The notes under the pieces are model-generated. The model saw only the letters and a list, made by a program, of their open reading frames with translations. It made no database searches and was not told where the DNA came from. Shown one piece after another: positions 1 to 9,998 of a DNA stretch of 64,000 nucleotides. Numbering within the stretch: position 1 is the first letter of the stretch; the number at the start of each line of letters is the position of its first letter. A program made the position numbers and the translations under genes. Source of the DNA: Corallochytrium limacisporum Hawaii (taxonomy: Eukaryota > Protista > Pluriformea); assembly GCA_002811645.1 (NCBI GenBank), contig PDIP01000003.1, positions 248,001 to 312,000 of the forward strand, written 5' to 3'.

Positions 1-442
1 CCTGGCATTCGTAATCTTGTGGTTCATGCTCGTGACTGTACAGCTGATTCGGGTACGTTCTATCTCTGCCAGGGCTCTCAGTCGGGGACAGAATGCGCTG
101 GATTCAAATCTGCTGCTGGCTGGCGGATCAGCTCTGTTTGCATGGTTGCTGCACTATTTCCCATTCTATCTTATGGGTAGACAGCTCTTTCTGCACCACT
201 ACCTGCCTGCATTCTATTTCTCTTTGCTGAATGCAGCTGCGGTGTTCGACATCCTTCTCAAGATGGTCCACTACAGTCGGGCGCGAACGCTAGTGACGGG
301 GTTGATTATCTTAGTCTATGGTTGGGCGTTTGTGCAGTTTTCGCCTCTGGCTTACGGCACCACCTGCGTTGCTGATTGCCTTGAGAACATCCGCTGGCTT
401 CCCAGCTGGAACTGGTACGAAATCAAAGAGGTGAAAGCGTAA
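1..442 (+). CDS. Dolichyl-phosphate-mannose:protein O-mannosyltransferase (PMT/POMT family), 3' end only
   Basis: C-terminal PMT motif HYFPFYLMGRQLFLHHYLPA, hydrophobic TM segments, ...WLPSW end. The frame is open to the window edge. Confidence 0.9.
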   Translation, partial: LAFVILWFMLVTVQLIRVRSISARALSRGQNALDSNLLLAGGSALFAWLLHYFPFYLMGRQLFLHHYLPAFYFSLLNAAAVFDILLKMVHYSRARTLVTGLIILVYGWAFVQFSPLAYGTTCVADCLENIRWLPSWNWYEIKEVKA

Positions 443-527
443 ACAGCGCGAATTACGAATTTTCAGGATGCATGAATTCACAGCCCTTAGCATCAGTACC
501 CTTGTAACGCATTACAATCATATCACG

Positions 528-611
528 GGGTTAGTTGACATAGACCAACGACACACCTTTCACCGTCCGAACTGAGACCTTTCGGCCACAACCGAGATAA
601 TACTTGTATCA
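528..611 (+). mobile_element. Possible decayed non-LTR retrotransposon endonuclease (APE) fragment
   Basis: GLVDIDQRHTFHRPN*DLSATTEIILVS* resembles the APE segment L.D...TF......S.IDxILVS. It has an in-frame stop. Confidence 0.3.
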
Positions 612-787
612 TAGTAAGGCCAGGGAAGCAGGCGCGACCTCTGATTGGCCCTCAGACTCAGAACGAAGATTCCCTAAACGTAGAATATGCTTATACGCAC
701 ATATAAAATAGGCCCCCGATTATTCTCGGAATCCGGTAGTAAATGTATAGCGGCCCCCTGTACCCTCTTCTGGGTGCCGGGGAAGGT

Positions 788-803
788 CCCCCGGGGGGGG
801 GGG
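788..803. promoter_or_regulatory. C5G11 homopolymer element upstream of the 1368 gene
   Basis: CCCCCGGGGGGGGGGG. The same type of element recurs upstream of many genes in the window. Confidence 0.45.
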
Positions 804-1367
804 CGCCTCGATGGACGGGGGACCCTGGCTGAAATCACTGTCGAGGGATCTGCCACTTACATTCGCTACCGTTGCCAGGGGGAAAGCCCCTCTAGTAGCC
901 TCCCCAAGAAAGGGAGGGACTCCGTCATTGATTGCCAACGACACCCCGAGTAAATCAAGTCGCTGAGGAGACGCGGTAATTTAGTATACAAAATGGTGTC
1001 GTCTCTGGCGCTGCCTACCCGTACAACGGTGGGTTCCAAGGGAAATCGGCGTGGAAGGAAACGGGGAAGACTCCGGAGTCTTTGGCCACCGTAAAGAAGA
1101 TCACATCCCTTTGTGCTGTGACAAACGACCTACAGAGTATCCATATATTATCTAACGTAGTCACCACGATGGTTCTCAACTGCTGTGGCTTCGGCGAAAT
1201 ATAGAGTATCATATCGTTGCGAGGGTATAAAGAGCGAGACGTTAAAATGGCAGCACCACATGCAACCAAAGGAAGAGAGCATAGCATATGATCGCACGGG
1301 CTTTGTGATCGAAATATTTGTTCCACGGGTGATAGGCTACTCTACGGGACTCAAAAGTGTATTCATC

Positions 1368-2342
1368 ATGAACTTTAGGCACTTACGGGTTCAGCACCTG
1401 CTATTGCTGATCGCAATCTTTGCGGTATCTCTTGGTCGAGTTGACGCCCAAGACGCCCCTTTGTGGCAACAGCTTGAGAAGACCCCTGAGAGTACGGATG
1501 AGGATACTGTCGACGTTGAAGTCAAACCGCTTCCAGAAGAGGCACCTGAACCTGATCGTGACGGACCGCCCGTTTCCGAGGTCCTGGTCATTATTGAGTC
1601 TTACGACGTTGACAGTCTTGCGACGGACGTGGACTTCAAGGCTGTGCTGGAGAGAGTTGTCATGCAAGCCCCCGGTGGCTCCCGGGTCAAGTCCGTAAAT
1701 GTGGTCCGCAATGTGCAGAATGGAGAGAACTTTGAATGTAGCACTCAGATCACGGGCTGGACTGGAGACACGCTGCTGGTCGTTGCTCGGGAGACGTTTG
1801 ACGAAGCGCTCGAACTACAGGCGTTGGTGCAGAATATTGAGGACAACGCTGAACTCTACGACAGCTTCTCCAGTACCAAGAACAATGGCGAGGTCGGCAA
1901 CGGCAAGAAACTTGACGGCGAAGGTGAGGCCACTGGTAGCAACGCCGGTCTCATGGCCGGCTTGATCACCGGTTTGACAGTACTTGCTGTGGGTGCTGTT
2001 GGTGGCTTCGGTTACGCTCTCCGCAAGAACCCAGAGATGGCTGACGAACTCAAGGGTCGCATGTCCGCTGCCAAGATTGCTGTCGGCGATGCCATGCAAA
2101 AGGTCATCCATCGGGGCCACAAAGAAGATGACCATGAGGCCGTGCCTACTGACATCGAGGCCGCCGGTGCCTATTCCGCGGAAGAATTCGACTACGAGGC
2201 TGATGAGGGACCAATTGATACCCTGGAGAGCGAGGACGAGGATGCCGAGCAGAGCCATGACCTCATTCCTCACGATGAAGAATTTATTGAGGAAAGCGAG
2301 GAGACCTCTGAACCAACCGTGGGTGAGGATATTTTCCCTTGA
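1368..2342 (+). CDS. Type I single-pass membrane protein (signal peptide, SEA-like ectodomain, acidic cytosolic tail)
   Basis: First plausible ATG (1368) gives signal peptide MNFRHLRVQHLLLLIAIFAVSLGRVDA. TM segment LMAGLITGLTVLAVGAVGGFGYAL is followed by RK and a D/E-rich tail. Confidence 0.75.
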   Translation: MNFRHLRVQHLLLLIAIFAVSLGRVDAQDAPLWQQLEKTPESTDEDTVDVEVKPLPEEAPEPDRDGPPVSEVLVIIESYDVDSLATDVDFKAVLERVVMQAPGGSRVKSVNVVRNVQNGENFECSTQITGWTGDTLLVVARETFDEALELQALVQNIEDNAELYDSFSSTKNNGEVGNGKKLDGEGEATGSNAGLMAGLITGLTVLAVGAVGGFGYALRKNPEMADELKGRMSAAKIAVGDAMQKVIHRGHKEDDHEAVPTDIEAAGAYSAEEFDYEADEGPIDTLESEDEDAEQSHDLIPHDEEFIEESEETSEPTVGEDIFP

Positions 2343-2402
2343 GTGCCCTACTAGTCGACAATCGAGATTGTTCCTCGCCGGCCGATGAACAGCTTTTCTT
2401 TA

Positions 2403-2951
2403 CTAAAGATCATATCCCTTAGTTGAATCCCGTCTGTTTGTAAAATTGTAAATCAACCGTTCCGTCCACAATGAGGTTTCATTATCCTTGGTCCAAAGTC
2501 TCGCCACATCTTTCAGTGTTTTAGGAAATCCCATGTGAGAAACTAGAGCAGCGTCCACAAGTAGGAGGGTGGAGATCTGATCAAGTTCAACACAGTCATA
2601 CGGGAATACTAAACCCCATCCTGCGCGAACACACACAGATGCAGGCACTCCAATGGAACCTTTCAAGACGTGCCATTCCACATCCCTGGAGTCCAAAGGC
2701 TTCCAGATGCATACTTGCGATGGGTCAGGAAAGGTCTCTAGAAGTCCCCAACGTCGGTCCCGTATCGCTTCGTATATCTCATCTCGCACCCATTCATTCA
2801 CATGGCTACCTTTTGGTTCTTCATTGAGTGGGCTATTGTGCACCTCGGTCTCTGACACAAGGGGTTGTGGTGCCAAAGGATTCCAGGCCCCCGAACGTTC
2901 AAAAGCTTCGCCGTGTAAGCAAACTCTGCCAAACGCGTGCAGGTCATCCAT
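2403..2951 (-). CDS. Hypothetical protein (182 aa)
   Basis: ATG-initiated ORF filling the slot convergent with the 1368-2342 gene (60-bp gap, typical of this window). No recognised motif. Confidence 0.45.
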   Translation of the reverse strand: MDDLHAFGRVCLHGEAFERSGAWNPLAPQPLVSETEVHNSPLNEEPKGSHVNEWVRDEIYEAIRDRRWGLLETFPDPSQVCIWKPLDSRDVEWHVLKGSIGVPASVCVRAGWGLVFPYDCVELDQISTLLLVDAALVSHMGFPKTLKDVARLWTKDNETSLWTERLIYNFTNRRDSTKGYDL

Positions 2952-3747
2952 ATCTTCGTCTCATAACCATAAACATTGGTATCTGAACTGTTCCTGCTAT
3001 CTTTGAAGCCGTTCTCTAAAACCTTGAGCAGTATGAATACTCGTCCGTAGAAACCTCAATGAGTCTGCAAGCGGCGGAGGACATTTGGAATCAGGAATAA
3101 CCTACAATCCACCACCTCCCCAACCCCCCCCCTTTCCCAGTATACGCCGACCTCACCCCGCAAATGAGTTCGGACCCCAATCGGCACAGACCCGGGAGCG
3201 GGCCTGTTTGGTTTGGTTAGTAATACGTGGCCGCTCCGGCTCGCGAATGACGTGGTGACGTGGGGCCTGTTCTTTTCACAATAGCTTCTGCATTTCTGCA
3301 TATACATAGATGAAAGCAAGAGGGGGGGGAAACGGAAATGGGTGACCCTGCGAAAACAAATGGGAAGTTTTAGACTGCCACCACCCTGCCGCCCAGAAGC
3401 TCAAGGAACCTTGACTCGATCTCCACAGATCTCTGACGGACCGTTTTCCTCTTGCCGCGTAAGGTGCACTGGCAGCGGGTTTCCTCTCAGTAGGTCCCCT
3501 ATGCGACTCCTCTGTCGATGCACTTGGACGAAGCAACACAGTCGTGGGTTAGATGGGGACAAAAACTGCCAAGCAAACAGTGGCTCTCAAGGTAGATGAC
3601 AACCAGAGCGCACCCCTGGACACAGGTATTTCATGCATGAATTAAAAGCTCATGCAGACGTCCTTGCATGCTTTCAAGCGTAACATAGTTTTCAAATACC
3701 CTTGAAAAAAGGCATACCATCGATCAGAGACAAACAGATCAAACAAG

Positions 3748-4167
3748 ATGATTACTGCCTGGGTCCTTCTTTTCGGTGGCCTCTTGATTGAGTGCGCTGT
3801 CATTCTGCTCCTCGTAGCTCCTTTGAACCGTGACCGACGAGTAGCAATGGCCAAGTACTTCCATCATCACCGCTACGCTGGTCAATTCAAATATTACTTC
3901 TCATTCATCGTTTTTGCGGTGCTACTCGCCTTTGTCTTCACCACTATGGAAGTCCAAAAGTACCAAGACCGACTGTCACGTGGACAGGCTGGCCAGATTG
4001 AGCACTTGATGGACAAGCATGGCTTGACCAAGGCCGAACGCAATTCTATGCTTGCGGGTATCGTACTCTTCAACATCTTTGTGATCGCTGGCCAGATCAT
4101 GACCCTGTCATCATTTGCAGAGGTCCTGGAGAATGGTAAGGAGAAGCCTACCAAAAAGACGCAGTAG
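3748..4167 (+). CDS. BCAP31: BAP29/BAP31 (Yet) family ER membrane protein
   Basis: Three TM helices, LIECAVILLLVAP, AERNSMLAG (cf. AQRNLYIAG), C-terminal KKxx ER-retrieval signal (KKTQ). Confidence 0.8.
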   Translation: MITAWVLLFGGLLIECAVILLLVAPLNRDRRVAMAKYFHHHRYAGQFKYYFSFIVFAVLLAFVFTTMEVQKYQDRLSRGQAGQIEHLMDKHGLTKAERNSMLAGIVLFNIFVIAGQIMTLSSFAEVLENGKEKPTKKTQ

Positions 4168-4544
4168 ATTGGGGTCACGATCTGAGACAATACACACCCA
4201 TATGATTTAGGTCACGTTGCGGACCCTCGTAATGTCCGAACACTTTGTTTCGCTGCGCAGAGTGCCTGTTTTCCTCGCCCGAAATCTGCGAACCTGGAAC
4301 CCCCTCGGGGCCTGGAGCAGAGCGCAGGCCGAGGCGGGCTCCCTCGCTTGCAAAGCTCTAATAGGCAGACTATGCTCATGGAGATAGGGAGTCTCGTGGG
4401 CTCATAACGCGGTATCACTACATGGGGGCTATTTTAACGAGGAGAGTTTATAGAAAGTTGTGCTACGACTCAGGGCCACAGTAGCAGATTTGACTTGAGC
4501 CAATCAAAATGTGAGAAGCCGGCCTGAAACAGACTTGTGAAGGC

Positions 4545-5753
4545 ATGGCAAAGAACGTTCGCAAGATGACCAATAGTCCAGCGCTCACATTCGAAATACT
4601 TGCTAAGTGCAGTACCTCGCGGGCGAGGTATGCACGCATGACCTTGCCTCATGGTCAAGTGCATACGCCTGTATTTATGCCGGTGGGTACGCAGGGCACT
4701 TTAAAAGGTATGACCGTAGACCAAATCAAGGAACTGGGTTGCGAACTAATGTTGGGAAATACTTACCATCTTGGTTCGCGACCAGGCCCAGAGTTAATGG
4801 AAAAGTTTGGTGGTTTGCACAAGTTTATGGGTTGGGATGGTAACTTACTCACCGACAGTGGAGGCTTTCAAATGGTGTCTCTCTTGAAATTGGCAGAAAT
4901 TACAGAGGAGGGTGTCACATTCGAGTCTCCGCATGACGGCAAGAAGATGCTCTTGACTCCGGAACACAGTACCCAGTTACAAAATGTCATTGGCGCTGAC
5001 ATTATGATGCAGTTGGATGATGTTGTGAGCTCCTTAGTGACCGGTGAACGCATTGTGGAGGCAATGCATCGAAGCATCCGCTGGCTGGATCGTTGCATTT
5101 CTGCACACAAGCGCCCAAATGATCAGAACCTCTTTGCCATTATTCAAGGGGGCCTTGAGCCTGACTTACGGGAGCATTGCTGCAATGAGATGATAAAACG
5201 TGACACCCCAGGGTACGCCATCGGTGGACTGGCAGGTGGTGAGGACAAGACAAGTTTTTGGACCACAGTTTCGCTCTGTACCAAACTCCTTCCTGAGCAA
5301 AAGCCACGTTACTGCATGGGCGTGGGATACGCTGTTGACCTCGTCGTGTGTAGTGCATTGGGCGTAGATATGTATGACTGTGTTTTTCCGACGAGAACGG
5401 CACGGTTTGGTACTGCATTGATTCGCGGAGATGGAGGCAAACTGCAGCTGAAGAAGGCCGCATTTGCCAATGATGACCGTCCAATTGAAGGCGATTGTCC
5501 GTGCTACACATGCCAGAACTATACAAGGTCTTATTTATACACCGTGGTACAGAAAGAGAACATTGGGGCCCAATTGCTCACTGTGCACAACGTTTGTTTC
5601 CAACTCAAGCTCATGAAGGACCTGCGGGAGTCGATAAGTAGGGACGAATTTCCTCAATTTGTACAGGAATTTATGCTTCAGCAGTTCCCCAAGAAGAACT
5701 ACCCGCAGTGGGCTATTGATGCCTTGAAGTCAGTCAATATTACTCTATTATAG
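4545..5753 (+). CDS. QTRT1: Queuine tRNA-ribosyltransferase catalytic subunit (TGT)
   Basis: [40 protein letters not shown], Zn site CPCYTC...H. Confidence 0.97.
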   Translation: MAKNVRKMTNSPALTFEILAKCSTSRARYARMTLPHGQVHTPVFMPVGTQGTLKGMTVDQIKELGCELMLGNTYHLGSRPGPELMEKFGGLHKFMGWDGNLLTDSGGFQMVSLLKLAEITEEGVTFESPHDGKKMLLTPEHSTQLQNVIGADIMMQLDDVVSSLVTGERIVEAMHRSIRWLDRCISAHKRPNDQNLFAIIQGGLEPDLREHCCNEMIKRDTPGYAIGGLAGGEDKTSFWTTVSLCTKLLPEQKPRYCMGVGYAVDLVVCSALGVDMYDCVFPTRTARFGTALIRGDGGKLQLKKAAFANDDRPIEGDCPCYTCQNYTRSYLYTVVQKENIGAQLLTVHNVCFQLKLMKDLRESISRDEFPQFVQEFMLQQFPKKNYPQWAIDALKSVNITLL

Positions 5754-5799
5754 CTAGTAGTATCCTATTTTCATCACTATGAACCGTCGCCAAAAGGTG

Positions 5800-6405
5800 C
5801 TATGAGGAACTTGTAGCTTCCGGGGTAACAAGGATATCGGTCGCTGACCCCGTTGTACTCAATTGGGGTTTGTGGAATAGACCCTCCGTATGCTTGGCTA
5901 GGATGCTTGCAGTCGGGTCCCGGAAATGCTGCAGAAATTCTGTGACTTCGCCTTCTGTTTCTGCATTCGCTGCTGTGTCGCTCATACTGTTCCAGTGGCT
6001 GTCCAATTTTTCTTTAAGCTTCAGCTCCAATTCATCGACTGTGGCCTTGGCTACTTGACGTAGCTTTTGATTCGTCGCTTCGTCGGCATGATCTTCGGGT
6101 GTCATATAGAACAAAGCAACAAATATTCGCTCCGATTCGGCACCAACAAGAACCACAGAATCTTCTTTTTTGTTGCTCTTTGATCGTGGCGCTCCAGAGA
6201 ACCTGCTGTTGCGTCCTGCGCTAGGAGCAGATCCAGGCCGTGTTGCGAAAGCCGATTGTGTGCGAGCATGGGTTGAGCTAGACGCTTTTGGCATCGATCC
6301 AGCCTTCCGATCGAAAGTAACAGATTTGAATTCTTTGTTGCCCATTTCACGACTTAACTGTGACAAAGCCGCAACTAATCGACATGATTTTCCAATGGTG
6401 CTCAT
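5800..6405 (-). CDS. Hypothetical protein (about 201 aa from ATG 6405)
   Basis: Long ORF convergent with QTRT1 (46-bp gap), with protein-like composition. No family recognised. Confidence 0.55.
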   Translation of the reverse strand: MSTIGKSCRLVAALSQLSREMGNKEFKSVTFDRKAGSMPKASSSTHARTQSAFATRPGSAPSAGRNSRFSGAPRSKSNKKEDSVVLVGAESERIFVALFYMTPEDHADEATNQKLRQVAKATVDELELKLKEKLDSHWNSMSDTAANAETEGEVTEFLQHFRDPTASILAKHTEGLFHKPQLSTTGSATDILVTPEATSSS

Positions 6406-7238
6406 TCTGCTAGTTCCCGTCAATTCCCCGGGTCCCTTCCACGCCCACACCTGGTCATATATCGGTATATTGAGAGGTACGGTGAACACCAGCGCCCGGA
6501 GCAACATGATCGAATTCACGATATCATTTCATTCAGCATCTAAACTTTTTTACTCGGCCCAATGACCAGGTCTCTCTCGAACAATTTACGGATGGCTCTC
6601 CCGGAGCAATTCCAATCGGCGTCCGAGCGGGCTCGCTCTTCCGTCTTCAAAATAGCCAGTCCACCCCCTTCTCCAGTGAGAGGGGAGCCTCCCAATCCCC
6701 TCCCTTCCCGCGCGAACCTCGTCCGCACCTTTTCTTTTCCTTTTCCAGATAATTTTCTGCCACATTGTTTCGTGTCGGAGACATCAATATTGGCTCCGCC
6801 GCAGCAACAGGAGCAGGTGATCGATCAGGCCAGAATTTTCAGTGTTATCTTACCGGCCTAGCCTAGCCCTTACACACTGGCAGCGGTGACGTGCACACTA
6901 CCCAAACATATGCCGAGTAGGACGGAGGGAATCATTGGAGGTGATCGAAGGCTACTAGTGTCAGTCGCTTTTCGTCGACCTCTTCAAGCGCACTCTCGAT
7001 GCCAGGACATGGTCATAACGTGCACTGGTGCGCGTGCATCAAACCCGAAGACCACATCACGGACAAAAAGAAAGCTTAAAGTCCGGATTCTACATTTACA
7101 GAGTATGCTATCATCAGGTATGTAGCTAGGAGTTGACATTGTGCCCCTGCTCACCCGCTCGTGGCTCCCACCGTCGCACCAAACATTACGGATGGGAATG
7201 CGCGCGTCTCCGGCTCGCTCGCTTTGGAAGGAAAATCG

Positions 7239-7323
7239 CCCCCCCCGGGGAGGGGGAGAGAGAATGGGGGATGGTGTCATCGCGTGGAGCTGCAGCGCCG
7301 GCCCCCTGCCTCAGGTATATAAA
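7239..7323 (+). promoter_or_regulatory. C8G4AG5 element plus TATA box (TATATAAA, 7316-7323) of the SDR gene
   Basis: Both read directly from the sequence. The TATA box lies about 95 bp upstream of ATG 7416. Confidence 0.55.
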
Positions 7324-7415
7324 TGGTAAAACTCGGCGCCGACGAAAGGCATCGGTAACCTCAACAGGATGGAACCTTAAGTGAACGGATTTGTCGTCCT
7401 GACCACACTCTCAAA

Positions 7416-8222
7416 ATGGAACCGAAGTTTGCAGTTGTCACCGGTGCCACCAGCGGGATCGGAAAGGCCCTTGCCGTGTACTTCTCCCAAAAAGGAATTG
7501 TTGTCATTGCCGCTGGTCGTCGTACAGAGAAACTGAAAGACACCCAACAGGCTGGCAAACCTGATATGATCCATCCGGTCACCGCAGACGTTAGCACCGT
7601 GGCCGGCCGCGATGCTATCGTTGATGCAGTGAAAAAGTTGTGCCCCAAGAAGCTGAACTTCCTGATCAATAATGCTGGGGTTCTGGGTCAAGTTGCTGCC
7701 ATCGGACGTTTGGATGAGCAGGCTTTTATGGACACCTTGTCCACAAATGTGGCTGGTCCATTGTTTTTAACTCAAGGTCTCCTGAATCAGTTTGCTGAGG
7801 GTGCACGTGTATTGAACATTAGCAGTGGTGCGGCCCATGGACCGAATCCTGGATGGACTGCCTACTGCACCAGCAAGGCTGCACTCTACATGGTATCCCG
7901 GTGCTTGCAGCGTGAGTTGGGATCCAAGGGGCTTTCTTGTGGGAGTATGAAGCCTGGTGTCGTGGACACTGAAATTCAGGACAATATTCGAGAGGCAGAT
8001 GTCTCCGACTTCCCTAACCTGGACTACTTCAAGAACCTCAAGACAAACGCAGCAAAGTCTGGCACTGCCGGCCGCCCACCACCCACGGGTGGTCTGGACA
8101 CCCCTGAAAATGTCGCACACTTTGCCCTATTCCTCCTCACTGAAGCTTCCACAGAAGAATTCGTGGAAAAAGACTGGGATATTCGCGATGACCACCACCA
8201 CGGCAGGTGGATCTCGGCTTGA
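7416..8222 (+). CDS. Short-chain dehydrogenase/reductase (sepiapterin/benzil reductase-like)
   Basis: TGATSGIG, NNAG, SSGAA, YCTSK catalytic motif, PGVVDT. Confidence 0.92.
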   Translation: MEPKFAVVTGATSGIGKALAVYFSQKGIVVIAAGRRTEKLKDTQQAGKPDMIHPVTADVSTVAGRDAIVDAVKKLCPKKLNFLINNAGVLGQVAAIGRLDEQAFMDTLSTNVAGPLFLTQGLLNQFAEGARVLNISSGAAHGPNPGWTAYCTSKAALYMVSRCLQRELGSKGLSCGSMKPGVVDTEIQDNIREADVSDFPNLDYFKNLKTNAAKSGTAGRPPPTGGLDTPENVAHFALFLLTEASTEEFVEKDWDIRDDHHHGRWISA

Positions 8223-8334
8223 AAGACTAGTCTATGACAACGTATTACAGAACTAATGAGCATTGGGGCATACACGTTTATGTAGAGTATGTGTTTTTGT
8301 CATGGAGAAAGACTTGGAAGGTCATGCATTTGGT

Positions 8335-9513
8335 TCAGAATAAAAACTTGGACGCCTCACCCGGTAGCCTCGAGAGCCTCCTTGAGGTCACAAGAATCAG
8401 GGTCCATACATCAGCCACGTCGGCACCCATGGCGGCCGCAATATCTGAAATATGCATAACGTTGCAGAGGTCTTCTTCATCGTCTTCAATGGGCTTCCTG
8501 CGCATCCACTGAGCAATGCGTTTGAGGGCAGTGTTAAATTCTGCAAAGGTGAGCTCTTGTGCCCCGTCAATTGCGGTGAGCTTGGGCATAAGCTTGCGCC
8601 ACTCTTCCGCAGACAGGCGCTCCTCAAAGTCAGCTAAATATGTGTTCAATTCAGCGAGTTCAGTTGCTTTGCGGTGACGACCTGTGCCCTGGGATACAGA
8701 TGGGAACTCTGCAGTACTCTCTTGGAACTCGAGGCGCTTGGCTTCGATCTGTGCGGCATCCGCCGTAAGGTCAGGCGTGTCCTTTTCCTCAGCGTAAGCC
8801 TCCGTAGGTCTAGGCCGGGACCGAGACAGAAGGTACTCCTGTGTCGTTTCTGTGAGATTTAAGCGCTCAAGAGGAGTGATTGGGGTGTCAGGCTGGAGCC
8901 CATGGGCCATCTTAGTCTCGTAGTTTTCAGGAGTGGCGACCTCCGTCGTGTCGTCATCTGTGTCATCGAAAGTCATCGGTTCAGCAACGGCCACATGCCG
9001 CGGGGTCGAGGAAGCCCCCATCGTTGGCCTCGGCGGTCCATTACAGGGTGTGGCATTGACACTTTCCTTCACTACGATGCCCACGGAGCCAGTGGAAGAT
9101 GCAGTGGCTGGCGTGCTGTTAACAGGTGAGTCTTGTAACTCCTTTGCAGGTGTTACTAAGGTGGCGCGTAAAGCCTGTTCCAAAAGGTCCAGTTTAGTTT
9201 CATTTTCCTTCGCCACAGCCTGAAGGGTTCGAAGCAAATTTTCTCCGTCAAATTCAGCTACATTCTTAGCCAAATTGTTTCCTGAAGCTCTTGGATCAAC
9301 TTCTTTCTGCAAGTGATTTGCGTCTGCAATCTTATCCTGAAGAAACACTAAACCAGACCCGTCTTTCAAATGTGCAGCAAATCTCCTCGAGACATCATCC
9401 GGGTCCAATATCCGTAGGACTCTACGGTGCATGACGTTACGCCAATTTTCCAGAGCAGTCTCATGCTGCTTCATGGCCACCCGGACAGTCTCAACTCCTG
9501 CTGTCAATGACAT
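8335..9513 (-). CDS. Ska kinetochore complex subunit-like protein (Ska3/Ska1-type)
   Basis: N-terminal coiled coil and TP-rich linker (TPITPLERLNL). The C-terminal LSAEEWRKL...FAEFNTAL...LILVTSRRLSRLPG resembles the Ska1-type winged-helix end (LNILRHCRRLSEVRG). Start set at ATG 9513; the upstream ORF extension looks non-coding. Confidence 0.55.
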   Translation of the reverse strand: MSLTAGVETVRVAMKQHETALENWRNVMHRRVLRILDPDDVSRRFAAHLKDGSGLVFLQDKIADANHLQKEVDPRASGNNLAKNVAEFDGENLLRTLQAVAKENETKLDLLEQALRATLVTPAKELQDSPVNSTPATASSTGSVGIVVKESVNATPCNGPPRPTMGASSTPRHVAVAEPMTFDDTDDDTTEVATPENYETKMAHGLQPDTPITPLERLNLTETTQEYLLSRSRPRPTEAYAEEKDTPDLTADAAQIEAKRLEFQESTAEFPSVSQGTGRHRKATELAELNTYLADFEERLSAEEWRKLMPKLTAIDGAQELTFAEFNTALKRIAQWMRRKPIEDDEEDLCNVMHISDIAAAMGADVADVWTLILVTSRRLSRLPGEASKFLF

Positions 9514-9819
9514 GGTTGCTGATTGCTGTATGCTGTCTGCTGCAAAGAAGTCTCCGACGCTGTGACGGTCTCGTACGGTCGTACGGCGTCGAATAAATCT
9601 TCCAAACCAATGAAATATCTTTCCCATGAGAGAAATACAACGAACGTGTGTGATAGTCTCATTTGAACTCACAATCGAATCGAGACCAAGCGTGTGTACA
9701 TGACGGTGCCCAGAACAGCCGACGTGTGAATGTGTGCAGCGTAGGCAAACCGAAACCCCCTTTCCAGCTCCCCTACCTTCTCTGCACCGGGTATCGTGCG
9801 CTACAGAGAGATCTGAAAA

Positions 9820-9827
9820 TTTGGCGC
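9820..9827. promoter_or_regulatory. E2F-consensus site TTTGGCGC upstream of the Ska-like gene
   Basis: Exact TTTSSCGC match about 307 bp upstream of ATG 9513. Confidence 0.4.
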
Positions 9828-9998
9828 CACTTTTGGGCCATATTTTGTAGTCAGGGGGAGAGGGAACCCCTCTGTGTGCGGGAGTCGAAATTTTAATGTG
9901 ATTGGGTTGCTCGTCAACTTCCGTGTGAATAGGCCACAAAGCAGGACACAATGCGTCGATGAGTACGATGTTTAATGACAGGAGGCGGTGTTGAGATA

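Noticed and set aside
6810-6975. Possible endonuclease relic (VIDQARIFS...GGDRRLLVSVAF)
   Set aside because: Motif spacing too long and matches too weak to call.
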